Shown in pieces: positions 31,014 to 40,196 of a stretch of DNA of 64,000 nucleotides; position 1 is the first letter of the stretch, and each line of letters starts with the position of its first letter. The stretch is taken from NCBI GenBank assembly GCA_046155365.1, contig JBJXFH010000142.1:14600-78599 (forward strand), in the 5' to 3' direction. Below the pieces are notes generated by a model. That model was not told the DNA's origin, made no database searches, and was given only the letters and a program-made list of their open reading frames with translations. Position numbers and translations under genes: made by a program. Origin of the DNA: Acidimicrobiales bacterium (GTDB lineage Bacteria > Actinomycetota > Acidimicrobiia > Acidimicrobiales > CAIXPF01).

Positions 31014-31336
31014 GACGGCACCTCGTTGTTGAGCGCCGCGGGGAGCACCCGCAGCTGCAGACCGGGCACCTGACCGGTTCCGGCCAGCTTTACCAAGGTC
31101 ACTTCCCGGGCCAGACCCGGCTCGAACCGCACCCCCGTACCGGCTGGTACGTCGAGGCGGAATCCGGTGGCCTCGACCCGGTCGAAGCGCAGCGCAGCGT
31201 TGGTATCCGCGAAGTGGAAGTGGCTGCCCACCTGCACCGGACGGTCCCCGGTATTCTCCACTCGCAACACCACCCGGGCTCGTCCGGGGTTGATCTCGAT
31301 GTCCCCGTCAGCGGCGATGATCTCTCCAGGTGTCAT
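31010..31336 (-). CDS. ureB: urease beta subunit
   Basis: 108 aa. [19 protein letters not shown] and [14 protein letters not shown]. Confidence 0.93.
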   Translation of the reverse strand: MTPGEIIAADGDIEINPGRARVVLRVENTGDRPVQVGSHFHFADTNAALRFDRVEATGFRLDVPAGTGVRFEPGLAREVTLVKLAGTGQVPGLQLRVLPAALNNEVPS

Positions 31337-31347
31337 GATGCCGCCGT

Positions 31348-31650
31348 TCAGACAATGGGCTGGTGCAAGGTGACCAGCTTGGTTCCGTCAGGAAACGTGG
31401 CCTCGACCTGCACCTCGTGCACCAGTTCGGCCACCCCGTCCATCACATCGCCCCGACCCAGCACCGCTCGCCCCGTCGCCATCAGATCGCTGACGGTTCG
31501 GCCGTCCCTAGCGCCCTCCAGCACAAAGCCCGACAGCAACGCCACCGCCTCGGGGTAGTTCAACTTCAATCCCCGGGCCCGCCGCTGTTGGGCCACCATG
31601 GCGGCCATGGACAGCAGCAGTTTGTCCACGTCCCTGGGTGCAAGGTTCAC
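31348..31650 (-). CDS. ureA: urease gamma subunit
   Basis: 100 aa from GTG at 31648-31650 (GGAGG 7 nt upstream). [37 protein letters not shown] is canonical UreA. The listed longer ORF (to 31788) is an extension. Confidence 0.93.
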   Translation of the reverse strand: MNLAPRDVDKLLLSMAAMVAQQRRARGLKLNYPEAVALLSGFVLEGARDGRTVSDLMATGRAVLGRGDVMDGVAELVHEVQVEATFPDGTKLVTLHQPIV

Positions 31651-31668
31651 GAAGCCGCCTCCTACGGG

Positions 31669-31685
31669 TGCCCCGACGCGGGGCA
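31669..31685 (-). promoter_or_regulatory. 7-bp GC hairpin in the ureA leader, immediately upstream of the SD
   Basis: tgccccg-acg-cggggca, a perfect inverted repeat about 18 nt upstream of the ureA GTG. Confidence 0.3.
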
Positions 31686-31840
31686 GTCTGACCGTTGCCT
31701 GAACTCGATGAGGCCGGACCCTAGGACCAGAGCGCCATCGAGGGGATAGCCCGGCCAAGAACGCTGCATTGCCGAATCTGACGTCCATCTGAACAACCCT
31801 GTTGGGCGGACCCCCGCCGTGTTGTGGGGTCGCGGGTGAT

Positions 31841-31859
31841 CAGATTCCTGACAGATTCC
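31841..31859. promoter_or_regulatory. direct repeat CAGATTCC x2 (11-bp period) in the ureA/amiF divergent region
   Basis: cagattcc at 31841 and 31852 in a locally AT-richer stretch. Candidate regulator site. Confidence 0.25.
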
Positions 31860-31902
31860 GTTCATTGTGATGACATGAGCCCGCCCAATCCCGGAAATGG
31901 TT

Positions 31903-31954
31903 ACTCCCTAGGTTGCCGCTCGGCGGAGGGCAACCCCACCGGCCTGATGGGAGT
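31903..31954 (+). promoter_or_regulatory. candidate SD-sequestering structure in the amiF leader
   Basis: ACTCCC (31903-31908) is complementary to GGGAGT (31949-31954, the likely SD, 9 nt before the ATG). Between them lies a 7-bp hairpin, ggttgcc (31911-31917) with ggcaacc (31929-31935). Confidence 0.3.
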
Positions 31955-31962
31955 GTGAGGCG

Positions 31963-32943
31963 ATGAGTGGTCTGGGTGGTTTGAACAAATCCGCGGCCGG
32001 TGTGGTGTTGGGCATGGTGCAGCTGCAAAACCCCGTGGTGGATACCCCTGAGCAGTTGGCGGCGCAGGTCCAACGGGTCTGCGAGTTGGTGGGCAAGGCC
32101 CGCCGCAACCTGCCCACCATGGACCTGGTGACCTTCCCCGAATACTGCCTGCACGGCCTGTCGATGAGCACCGATGCCGCCATCATGTGCCATCTCGACG
32201 GTCCTGAGGTGACGGCGCTGTCTGACGCCTGTCGGGACAACAAGATCTGGGGCTGCTTCTCGTTGATGGAGCACAACGCCCACGGCAACCCGTTCAACAC
32301 CGGCATCATCATCGATGACGGCGGCAACGTGGCGCTGCGGTACCGCAAGTTGCACCCTTGGGTCCCCGTGGAGCCGTGGGCACCCGGTGACCTGGGGGTG
32401 CCGGTGTGCGAGGGGCCCAACGGATCCACCTTGGGGCTCATCATCTGCCACGACGGCATGTTCCCCGAGATGGCCCGGGAATGTGCCTACAAGGGTGCGG
32501 ACATCATGTTGCGTACCGCGGGGTATACGGCGCCCATCCGTCACGCCTGGCGCATCACCAACCAGGCCAACGCCTTTTGCAACCTGATGGTGACGGCGTC
32601 GGTGTGCCTGTGCGGCAGCGACGGCAGCTTTGACTCCATGGGCGAGGCCATGATCGTGAACTTCGACGGGACCCCGATGGTGAGCGGCGGCAACCGACCC
32701 GACGAGATCATCACCGCCGAGGTTCGCCCGGATCTGGTGGCCGAGGCCCGCACCGGGTGGGGGGTGGAGAACAACCCCTACCAGTTGGGTCATCGGGGCT
32801 ACGTGGCGGTCAAAGGCGGCGCCACGGACTGCCCGTACACGTTCATGCAGGACCTGGTGGCCGGGAGCTATCGGCTGCCGTGGGAAGCGGACGTGGTGCA
32901 CGTTGATGGCACCTCGTGCGGCTTCGATCCCCCCGCCGGTTGA
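31963..32943 (+). CDS. amiF: formamidase (nitrilase superfamily, AmiF type)
   Basis: 326 aa, colinear with my recollection of Helicobacter AmiF. Matching segments are FPEY (Glu), YRKLHPWVPVEPW (Lys), ICHDGMFPE (Cys), NFDGT and LGHRGYVA. Closer to AmiF than to the AmiE aliphatic amidase in the region after the catalytic Cys. Confidence 0.87.
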   Translation: MSGLGGLNKSAAGVVLGMVQLQNPVVDTPEQLAAQVQRVCELVGKARRNLPTMDLVTFPEYCLHGLSMSTDAAIMCHLDGPEVTALSDACRDNKIWGCFSLMEHNAHGNPFNTGIIIDDGGNVALRYRKLHPWVPVEPWAPGDLGVPVCEGPNGSTLGLIICHDGMFPEMARECAYKGADIMLRTAGYTAPIRHAWRITNQANAFCNLMVTASVCLCGSDGSFDSMGEAMIVNFDGTPMVSGGNRPDEIITAEVRPDLVAEARTGWGVENNPYQLGHRGYVAVKGGATDCPYTFMQDLVAGSYRLPWEADVVHVDGTSCGFDPPAG

Positions 32944-32981
32944 ACGTCAGCGGTTGAACATCAGCGGTTGAACGTCAGGGC
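32940..32981. repeat. 14-nt tandem repeat x3 (ttgaacRtcagcgg) spanning the convergent amiF and glgB stop codons
   Basis: ttgaac at 32940, 32954 and 32968. The amiF TGA is at 32941-32943 and the glgB stop at 32975-32977. Confidence 0.85.
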
Positions 32982-35188
32982 TCGGTTGGGCCCAAGAAGA
33001 CCACGCCCAGCGGTGGCAGGTCGATCACTGCGGACCAGTCGCGGTCGTGCCAGGGGACCGCTTCGGCGCCGATGAAGGGGTTGACCATGCCGCTGCCACC
33101 GAAACGGGTGTCATCGGTGTTGAGCAACTCCCGCCACTGGCCCGGCCCCGGCAGGCCGATGCGGTAGCCCGGTCGGGGTACCGGGGTGAAGTTGGCGGCG
33201 CAGACCACCACCTCACCACCAGCGTCAGCGTCAGCGGCGTCGCCCTCACCGCCCACCCGGCAGAACGCCAGCACCGACGACGCCCGATCAGACGCGTCGA
33301 GCCATGCAAATCCTTCCGGCTGGTAGTCCCGTTGCCACAACGCCGGATGGTCCACCTGCAGATGGTTGAGTGCCGCCACCAGCCGCTGGATACCGGCGTG
33401 GCGGTCGCTTTCCAGCAGGTGCCAGTCCAGGCTGCGCTCCTCGCTCCACTCCTGCAACTGCGCCAATTCGCAGCCCATGAACAGCAGCTTCTTGCCGGGA
33501 TGGGCCCACATCCAGCCGTACAGTGCCCGCAGGTTGGCGAACCGTTGCCAGTCATCACCGGGCATCTTGTTGATCAAGGAGCCCTTACCGTGGACCACTT
33601 CGTCATGGCTGAGGGGCAACACGAAGTTCTCGTGCCACACGTAGATGAACCCGAAGGTCAACTTGTCGTGTTCGTAGCTCCGATACAGTGGATCTTTGCT
33701 GAAATACTCCAGCGTGTCGTGCATCCACCCCATGTTCCACTTCTGGGTGAACCCCAGGCCCCCCAGCTCCGGCGGACGGGACACGCCGGCCCAGGCGGTG
33801 GATTCCTCGGCGATGGTCAACACCCCGGGGTGGGTGGTGAGCACCAGCTGGTTGAACTGGCGCAGGAAGTCAATGGCCTCCAGGTTCTCCCGTCCACCCA
33901 GGCGGTTGGGGATCCACTCCCCCGGTTCTCTGGAGTAATCCAGATACAACATGGAGGCCACGGCGTCCACCCGCAGTCCGTCGATGTGGAACTCTTCAAT
34001 CCAGTACAGGGCGTTGGCCAGAAGGAAGTTGCGGACCTGGTTACGACCGAAGTTGAACACCAACGTGCCCCAGTCCGGATGGGCGCCCTGGCGGGGATCG
34101 TCGTGCTCGTAGAGGGCGGTGCCATCGAAGCGGGCCAGGGCAAACTCATCCCGGGGGAAATGCGCCGGTACCCAGTCCACGATGACCCCGATGTTGGCGG
34201 CGTGCAGCGAGTTGATCAGGAACCGGAAATCATCGGGCGTACCATACCGTATGGTGGGGGCGTAGTAGCCGGAGACCTGATAACCCCAGGAGCCGCCGAA
34301 GGGATGCTCGGCCACCGGCAGCAACTCCACGTGGGTGAAGCCCAATTCGGTCACGTAGTCCACCAGCTCCACGGCCAGCTCCCGGTAGGTGAGGCTGCGG
34401 TTGGCCTCCAGCGGGTTGCGCCGCCACGAGCCCAGATGCACCTCATAGACGGAGAGCCGATCCTCGAACGGGCGGGTGGCGCGGCGAGCCAACCACGCCG
34501 CATCGCCCCACGCGAAGGGCGCCGGATCAGCCACCACCGAGGCCGTGGCCGGCGCCAGCTCAGCCTGGCGGGCGAGGGGGTCAGCCTTGAGGACCAGGCG
34601 GCCGTCGGCGCCGAGAACCTCGAACTTGTACCGGGCGCCGGGTCCGACCAGGGGTATGAACAGCTCCCACACCTCGCTGCGGCGGCACATGGGATGCACC
34701 CGGCCGTCCCAACCGTTCCAGTCCCCCACCACCCGCACCGAGGCCGCGTTGGGGGCCCACACCGCGAAATGGACCCCGGCCACGCCCTCCTGCGTGCGGA
34801 CGTTGGCGCCCAGCACCTCCCACAGGCGTTGATGGTTGCCCTCCCCGATGAGGTGCAGATCCACGTCCCCCAGCACCGGGTCAAAGGCGTAGGGGTCACC
34901 CACCACCTGCCGGTCCCCGTTGGCGAAGCGCCACTCGATGCAATGGTCTCCGCCGGAAAGCCCCACCACGGTTGGGGGTAAGCGGGCCTCGAACAGGCCG
35001 TCACCCAGCGCGGTCATGGGATGGGGGTGTTCGCCCAGCAGCACCGCCGCCGCCACCGCATGAGGATGACGGGCCCGGACCACCCACCGTGAACCCTCGC
35101 CGTGGGGTCCGAGCACCCGTTGGGGCTGATCATGAAGGCCGGCTAGCAGTGCGCTCAGCTCAGCGGGATCGGCCGTTGTCTCGGGCAT
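32975..35188 (-). CDS. glgB: 1,4-alpha-glucan branching enzyme
   Basis: GH13 catalytic regions (IGVIVDWVPAHF, GLRVDAVASMLY, LTIAEESTAW, FVLPLSHDEVVHGK). ATG at 35186-35188 preferred; the longest ORF start is 35266. Confidence 0.95.
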   Translation of the reverse strand: MPETTADPAELSALLAGLHDQPQRVLGPHGEGSRWVVRARHPHAVAAAVLLGEHPHPMTALGDGLFEARLPPTVVGLSGGDHCIEWRFANGDRQVVGDPYAFDPVLGDVDLHLIGEGNHQRLWEVLGANVRTQEGVAGVHFAVWAPNAASVRVVGDWNGWDGRVHPMCRRSEVWELFIPLVGPGARYKFEVLGADGRLVLKADPLARQAELAPATASVVADPAPFAWGDAAWLARRATRPFEDRLSVYEVHLGSWRRNPLEANRSLTYRELAVELVDYVTELGFTHVELLPVAEHPFGGSWGYQVSGYYAPTIRYGTPDDFRFLINSLHAANIGVIVDWVPAHFPRDEFALARFDGTALYEHDDPRQGAHPDWGTLVFNFGRNQVRNFLLANALYWIEEFHIDGLRVDAVASMLYLDYSREPGEWIPNRLGGRENLEAIDFLRQFNQLVLTTHPGVLTIAEESTAWAGVSRPPELGGLGFTQKWNMGWMHDTLEYFSKDPLYRSYEHDKLTFGFIYVWHENFVLPLSHDEVVHGKGSLINKMPGDDWQRFANLRALYGWMWAHPGKKLLFMGCELAQLQEWSEERSLDWHLLESDRHAGIQRLVAALNHLQVDHPALWQRDYQPEGFAWLDASDRASSVLAFCRVGGEGDAADADAGGEVVVCAANFTPVPRPGYRIGLPGPGQWRELLNTDDTRFGGSGMVNPFIGAEAVPWHDRDWSAVIDLPPLGVVFLGPTEP

Positions 35189-35300
35189 CGCCACCGGGGC
35201 CACGCTACCGAGACCCGCCCTGCTTCCCGTGCTGGGGGTTCTTGGGGGCGAACCCGCCTTCCTCAATACGTCGGCTGAAGAGCTGCGCTAAAAAGGCCTC

Positions 35301-36443
35301 ATGCGCGTTCTCGTACTCGGAGCAGGCTTCGGTGGCCTGGAGCTCACCACCACGTTGTCCGAGGTGTTGGGGGATTCGGTCGACATCACCCTCATCGACA
35401 AGGGCGAGGGGTTCGTCTTCGGTTTCTCCAAACTCGATGTCATGTTCGGGCGAACCACCGCTGCACAGGTGGTGCACCCCTATGAGCATTTGGTCAAGCC
35501 CGGGGTGACCTTCGTACGTAGCACGATCCGGGGCATTGATCCGGCGGCCAGGCGGGTGGTGACCGACGCCGGGGCCTTCGAGGCCGACATCATGGTGGTG
35601 GCGCTCGGAGCGGATCTCCACCCCGATGCCACCCCGGGCCTGGTCGAGAGCGGCCACGAGTTCTACACCGTGCCCGGCGCCTTCGCCCTGCGGGAGGTGC
35701 TGGCGAACTTCCCCGGCGGCCGGGTGGTGGTGGCGGTGACCTCCACTCCGTTCAAATGTCCTCCTGCGCCCAGTGAGACCGCCCTTTTGTTGCATGACTT
35801 CCTCACTGCTCGGGGAGTGCGCCAACAGTCCGACATCTCCCTGGTCATGCCGCTGGGTGTTCCGATTCCCCCGTCGCCGGACGCCTCCAAGGCCTTGCTG
35901 AGCGCGTTTGCCCAGCGGAACATCAGCTGGCATCCGAACCAGTTGGTGGTCGGGCTGGACGGTGATCGCAGCGTGGCCCGCCTGGCCGACGGCAGCGAGA
36001 TGGGTTACGACCTGTTCCTCGGCGTACCGGTCCACCGGGTGCCGGAGGTGGTGCAAGCCTCGGGCCTGTGTGTGGATGGTTGGGTCCCGGTGAACTCACT
36101 CACCCTGGAGACAGCCTTCCCCGGGGTGTACGCGGTGGGAGACGTGACCAGCGTGGGCACCCCGAAGGCCGGGGTCTTTGCGGAGGGTCAGGCAGCGGTG
36201 GTGGCGGCGGCCATCATCAACCAGGTACGGGGCGAGTCGCCGTCGGTGCACTACGACGGGCGGGGGGTCTGCTATCTCGAGTTCGGTCACGATCAGGTGG
36301 CCAAGGTCGAGGTGACGTTCCTCAGCGGCCAAGCTCCGGCCGGCCAACTCCAGGGCCCATCCTTGGATCTGGCGCGGGACAAGGGCGATTTCGGCACCAG
36401 CCGGGTCAGACGCTGGTTCGGTCGAGAATGGGCCACCGCCTGA
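35301..36443 (+). CDS. FAD-dependent pyridine-nucleotide-disulfide oxidoreductase (sulfide:quinone reductase / NDH-2-like)
   Basis: N-terminal Rossmann motif MRVLVLGAGFGGLE and second dinucleotide motif AVGDV. About 380 aa, as in the SQR-like family. Confidence 0.8.
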   Translation: MRVLVLGAGFGGLELTTTLSEVLGDSVDITLIDKGEGFVFGFSKLDVMFGRTTAAQVVHPYEHLVKPGVTFVRSTIRGIDPAARRVVTDAGAFEADIMVVALGADLHPDATPGLVESGHEFYTVPGAFALREVLANFPGGRVVVAVTSTPFKCPPAPSETALLLHDFLTARGVRQQSDISLVMPLGVPIPPSPDASKALLSAFAQRNISWHPNQLVVGLDGDRSVARLADGSEMGYDLFLGVPVHRVPEVVQASGLCVDGWVPVNSLTLETAFPGVYAVGDVTSVGTPKAGVFAEGQAAVVAAAIINQVRGESPSVHYDGRGVCYLEFGHDQVAKVEVTFLSGQAPAGQLQGPSLDLARDKGDFGTSRVRRWFGREWATA

Positions 36444-36479
36444 ACCTCTCTGCACGTCCCTGTTGCCTATCCCGGTTGC

Positions 36480-37967
36480 CTATTGGCCTCCACCGGGGAC
36501 CTGGGTGGAGGACACCGAGGACTTGGTGGGGAACAGGAACCACACCACCAACGCCATGGCCAACATGGCGAACACGTAGAACGCCCACAACGGCTCGAAG
36601 GCGCCGGCCGCGGCCTTACCGGTGCCCTCGCCCACCAGCGCCACCGCTACCGCGATGCCCAGCGCCGCGGCCACGTTGCGAACGGTGTTGAAGCTGGCGT
36701 TGGCCTCACCCCAGAAGTTGCTGTGCACATGTTTCAGCAACGCCGCATTCAGTTGTGGTGACACCATGGCCCAGCCCGAGCCCATGGCGGCGATGGCGGG
36801 GAACAGGCAGAGGAAGTAGTTGGCGTCGGGCCCGATGAAATACCACTCCCAGGCCATGCCGACCACCAGCAGCGAGGAGCCGATGCGCAACATCATGGTG
36901 TAGCCGTACTTGTCCGACAACCGCCCGGCGATGGTGGTGGTGATGCCGGAGAAAATCGGGCCCGGGGTGAGGGCGATGCCGATGGTGAACTTGTCCCAAC
37001 CCCACACCCGGCTCATGTACAGCGGCCACATCAGCCACGAGGACATACCGGCCACGTGGATCAAGAAGTTGGCCAGGTTGGCGGTCCACACCGGTTTCTC
37101 AGCGAACAGGGTGAGGTTCAGCAGCGGTGCCGGATGCCGGCGCGATTGCAGCACGAACAACGGGAACAACACCACCGCACCCACGATGGCCGCGGCCACC
37201 AGCGGATGACCCCAACCCCAGGCGGGCCCCTGGGACACGGCGAACACCAACACCGTGATAGCCACCGTGCCCACGCTGACGCCCAGGAAATCCAACCGCC
37301 CGGGGGCGCTGTCGGCCTTGGATTCCCGCAGCCAGTTCCAGCCGATCACCAGGGCCGCGGTGGCGATGGGCGCGGTCAGGAAGTACAACCAACGCCAACT
37401 GGCGAACTGCAACATGGCGGCGGCCACGCTGGGGGCGAAGGCCGAGGCGATGGGCGAGGTGGCGGCCCACACCCCCACCGCGGTGCCGTGCCGTTCCCTG
37501 GGGAACTCCGGCAGGATCAACGCCAGCGAGGCCGGCAGCACCAACGCCCCGGAGATGGCCTGCAGCACCCGGGCGGCGATCAGCAGCCAGATGGTGGGGG
37601 CCACCGCGGACAGCAAGGCCGATACGACGAAGCCCATCATGCCAATGCGGAACACCCGGCGACGCCCGGTGCGGTCCCCCAGCCGACCACCCACCAGCAT
37701 GAACCCGGCCAACCCGATGAAGAACCCCGACGAGGTCCACGACACGATGGATTGGCCGGCCTCGGGAAAGGACTGGGTCAGCTCGTCAAAGGCGATGTTG
37801 GTGGCGGTGGAGTTGAACGAAACCAGTACCGACCCCGCGGCGCTGATGGCCAACGCCCGCCACGCCCGGGCCGGGATCACTGCCCGCCGATCCGGGCCCC
37901 CACCAACGGCAGCGGAAGCCCCGGCGTTGGCGTCGGCCCGATCGACCCCCCGTTCAACGTCGGTCAT
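36480..37967 (-). CDS. MFS transporter (14-TM DHA2/EmrB-like)
   Basis: ATG at 37965-37967. GGRLGDRTGRRRVF motif A and many TM segments. The upstream part of the listed ORF (to 38312) is not protein-like. Confidence 0.85.
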   Translation of the reverse strand: MTDVERGVDRADANAGASAAVGGGPDRRAVIPARAWRALAISAAGSVLVSFNSTATNIAFDELTQSFPEAGQSIVSWTSSGFFIGLAGFMLVGGRLGDRTGRRRVFRIGMMGFVVSALLSAVAPTIWLLIAARVLQAISGALVLPASLALILPEFPRERHGTAVGVWAATSPIASAFAPSVAAAMLQFASWRWLYFLTAPIATAALVIGWNWLRESKADSAPGRLDFLGVSVGTVAITVLVFAVSQGPAWGWGHPLVAAAIVGAVVLFPLFVLQSRRHPAPLLNLTLFAEKPVWTANLANFLIHVAGMSSWLMWPLYMSRVWGWDKFTIGIALTPGPIFSGITTTIAGRLSDKYGYTMMLRIGSSLLVVGMAWEWYFIGPDANYFLCLFPAIAAMGSGWAMVSPQLNAALLKHVHSNFWGEANASFNTVRNVAAALGIAVAVALVGEGTGKAAAGAFEPLWAFYVFAMLAMALVVWFLFPTKSSVSSTQVPGGGQ

Positions 37968-37987
37968 GCCGGGCCTGCTGTTCGAGC

Positions 37988-38030
37988 GATGACCGCTGTT
38001 CCTGTGATGACCGCTGATCCTGCGATGACG
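37988..38030. repeat. 18-nt tandem repeat x2.4 (gatgaccgctgNtcctgN) just upstream of the MFS start
   Basis: gatgac at 37988, 38006 and 38024. Confidence 0.75.
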
Positions 38031-38230
38031 TGTCCCACCGGGGACCACAACCTTGCTGCGCGCACGTCCCACCGTATCCGCCACCGGGCCCCCCCGGCCC
38101 AGCCCGGGCACCAGACCAACACCGGCTCTTCGCGTGGCCGCGGGGATTGGGATCTGCGTGGGTAGGCGGGCTGAAGCTTGAACTGGTGCGTTACCGGTGC
38201 CTCGACCGAGCTGACAGTGGCGTTGAACAA

Positions 38231-39677
38231 GAACCTCCACGACGCGTCCTGGCCCACAGCGACCGCTGCACCTGGATCCTCTCGGGCCCGCAAGCGCGCC
38301 GTGTCGCGACACGCTGAGCTACTCCCGTTTCGGCGGGCGCTGGGCTGTTTGTGGCTGGGGCCGGCAGGGTTGGTGGTGCAGGACCGTACCGTCCGGTTTG
38401 CGGAAGATCGGTTTCTGGTGTTCGTCCAGTTTCACGGTCCACTTGTGCCGGTGGATGTATGTGTGGTGCCAACGGCACAGCAGCGTGCCGTTGGTGATCT
38501 TCGTTTCTCCGCCTGTTTCCCAAGGGTGGCAGTGGTGGATGTCCGCCCACGATGGTGGCCGGTCACAGCCGGGATAGGTGCAGTGCCGATCCCGCACCCG
38601 GATGGCGTTCGCGATCGGATCAGGCCAGGACCGTATATCCCGCCCGACGTCGAGGACTTCCCCATTCGCTCCGAGAACCACCCGCATGAACGCGCTGTCG
38701 CAAAAGGCCCCCGCCGGGACCGGCCCTTCCGGTTGGGGTCGACCGTGCTCGTCAAGGCGCAGGACCACTACCACCCGATGCCGCCCGTTACGCGTGCCAT
38801 GCCCGGGCCGGTCCCGTAGTCCGAGGTTGGCGAGATCCACCAACGCCTGCGCCCGCAGTTCGTTGACCTGCAGGCCGGCGAGGGTTTCATCACCGTTGCG
38901 TCGGTTGTTCAGGTACCCGGCCACGCCCTTGTCGATCGCGGCTTGGACGATGGCGAAGTTCTCGGCGTTTAGCTCACCCTCGATACGACCGCGACCGTCC
39001 AACAGCCCGGTTAGCCGCAACCATTCCGGTTCCTGCTGCGGCTCGGGCTGCAACGCCGGATCCGGGTCATTCACCGATTGGGCGCAAGCCTTCCAGTGTC
39101 GCACCGCGTTCGCCAGATCCCCGGTACCAGCCAACCCCACCAGCGTGGCATCGATCCCCTCGTCATACCGAGCGGGATCTTCACGTTGGCAGTCGGTCAA
39201 CAACCGAACATCAGCCCCACACAACGTGCCGGCCCTGGCTGCAGTCTGGCTGTGGGGCATGTGCTCCAACGCCGCCGCCTCACGCAACAACCCCGATGCT
39301 TGAAAGCGGGGCAGCCCGGTATGAGCAGCCACCCACACCCCTGGTGATCTGAACCCTTCCCGGACCCAGTGCTCCTCGCGCTGCGCCGCCAACGCCCCCT
39401 CCCGCAACACCTGAACCGCGAGGTTCGCTATTTGCTGCAATTCCCCCAGCCGGGAAGCGTCACACCCACGATCGCAGACATCAACCAGGAGCTCTTGGAG
39501 TGCTGCAACAATGTCCGCCGACATGCCACCAGTTTACCCGTTCCGCGCTGGTTGACCGGAGCGATGGGCAGATATTCTGCAAATCTCATGAAGAGTGTCC
39601 GAAGGTTAACCCGTCGGCGCAGTGGGAGATTGCTCGGCTGTCTGTTTAGTCGACAATGGCGGTGAACCTCCACAACG
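38231..39677 (-). mobile_element. REP13E12-like unit: DUF222/HNH gene bounded by an imperfect direct repeat GAACCTCCAC(G/A)ACG
   Basis: 14-mer at 38231-38244 and 39664-39677 (13/14 identical), 1433 bp apart. Lower-GC flank at 39525-39740. A truncated gene lies directly outside the right boundary. Confidence 0.4.
38319..39524 (-). CDS. DUF222 domain plus HNH endonuclease protein (13E12-repeat family)
   Basis: 401 aa. C-terminal HNH region RDRHCTYPGCDRPPSWADIHHCHPWETGGETKITNGTLLCRWHHTYIH. The N-terminal helical DUF222-like part is as in mycobacterial REP13E12 proteins. Confidence 0.85.
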   Translation of the reverse strand: MSADIVAALQELLVDVCDRGCDASRLGELQQIANLAVQVLREGALAAQREEHWVREGFRSPGVWVAAHTGLPRFQASGLLREAAALEHMPHSQTAARAGTLCGADVRLLTDCQREDPARYDEGIDATLVGLAGTGDLANAVRHWKACAQSVNDPDPALQPEPQQEPEWLRLTGLLDGRGRIEGELNAENFAIVQAAIDKGVAGYLNNRRNGDETLAGLQVNELRAQALVDLANLGLRDRPGHGTRNGRHRVVVVLRLDEHGRPQPEGPVPAGAFCDSAFMRVVLGANGEVLDVGRDIRSWPDPIANAIRVRDRHCTYPGCDRPPSWADIHHCHPWETGGETKITNGTLLCRWHHTYIHRHKWTVKLDEHQKPIFRKPDGTVLHHQPCRPQPQTAQRPPKRE

Positions 39678-39740
39678 GTCTGCTCGGTCGGCAGACCCCA
39701 GCGTCGCGAACCGGGTTGAGGAGGCAAGAGGTGGAGCTAA

Positions 39741-40065
39741 GCGTGCGATCTTCACGAGCCGTACCGGAAGGCGTTAGGCGAGCACGGGGACGCCTGGGCG
39801 CAACACTCCCGGCAACTGCTTGAGGACAACGGTCTCGAGTGGCGCGGCGATCCCTACTACCTGATGGGCTCGGATCGATGGGGATGGTCCATCAAGCAGC
39901 TGTTCCGTGTGGCCGCGGAGCTCAATTTCGACGGCAACCGCGACGCCTACCTCACCGAGGGTTCCCGCACCGCCCGTTACGACGTCGCGTCGCAGTCCTT
40001 CCACTTCGAGGGCGACGTGCTCGATGTCAGCGGCCGCACCCCGCCCTGCCGCTGGACCCCTCAAC
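39741..40065 (+). pseudogene. 3-prime fragment of a paralogue of the downstream substrate-binding protein gene
   Basis: Translation GDAWAQHSRQLLEDNGLEWRGDPYYLMGSDRWGWSIKQLFRVAAEL..NFDGNRDAYLTEGSRTARYDVASQSFHFEGDVLDVSGRTPPCRW. It aligns to the C-terminus of 40197..41921 (GDPWATQTRTLLDTNGLDWR...GGWAWTTEQLFRIASEL...NLDGNRDAYLIESGQVVRYNAADQVFYREGELMELSGRTPPCIW) with an internal gap of about 32 aa. No N-terminal part is present. Confidence 0.65.
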
Positions 40066-40196
40066 CCGCCGCTGTCTCTGATCGCCCCACAGGAGCACCG
40101 GCCGCCGGGCGCTGGATGACGCGGTGTCAACGCCGCGACCCCACGGTATGGTGGTTGGCGGCGAGCCGGCCGATCCGCCGCCACGGAGGGTTGGGG

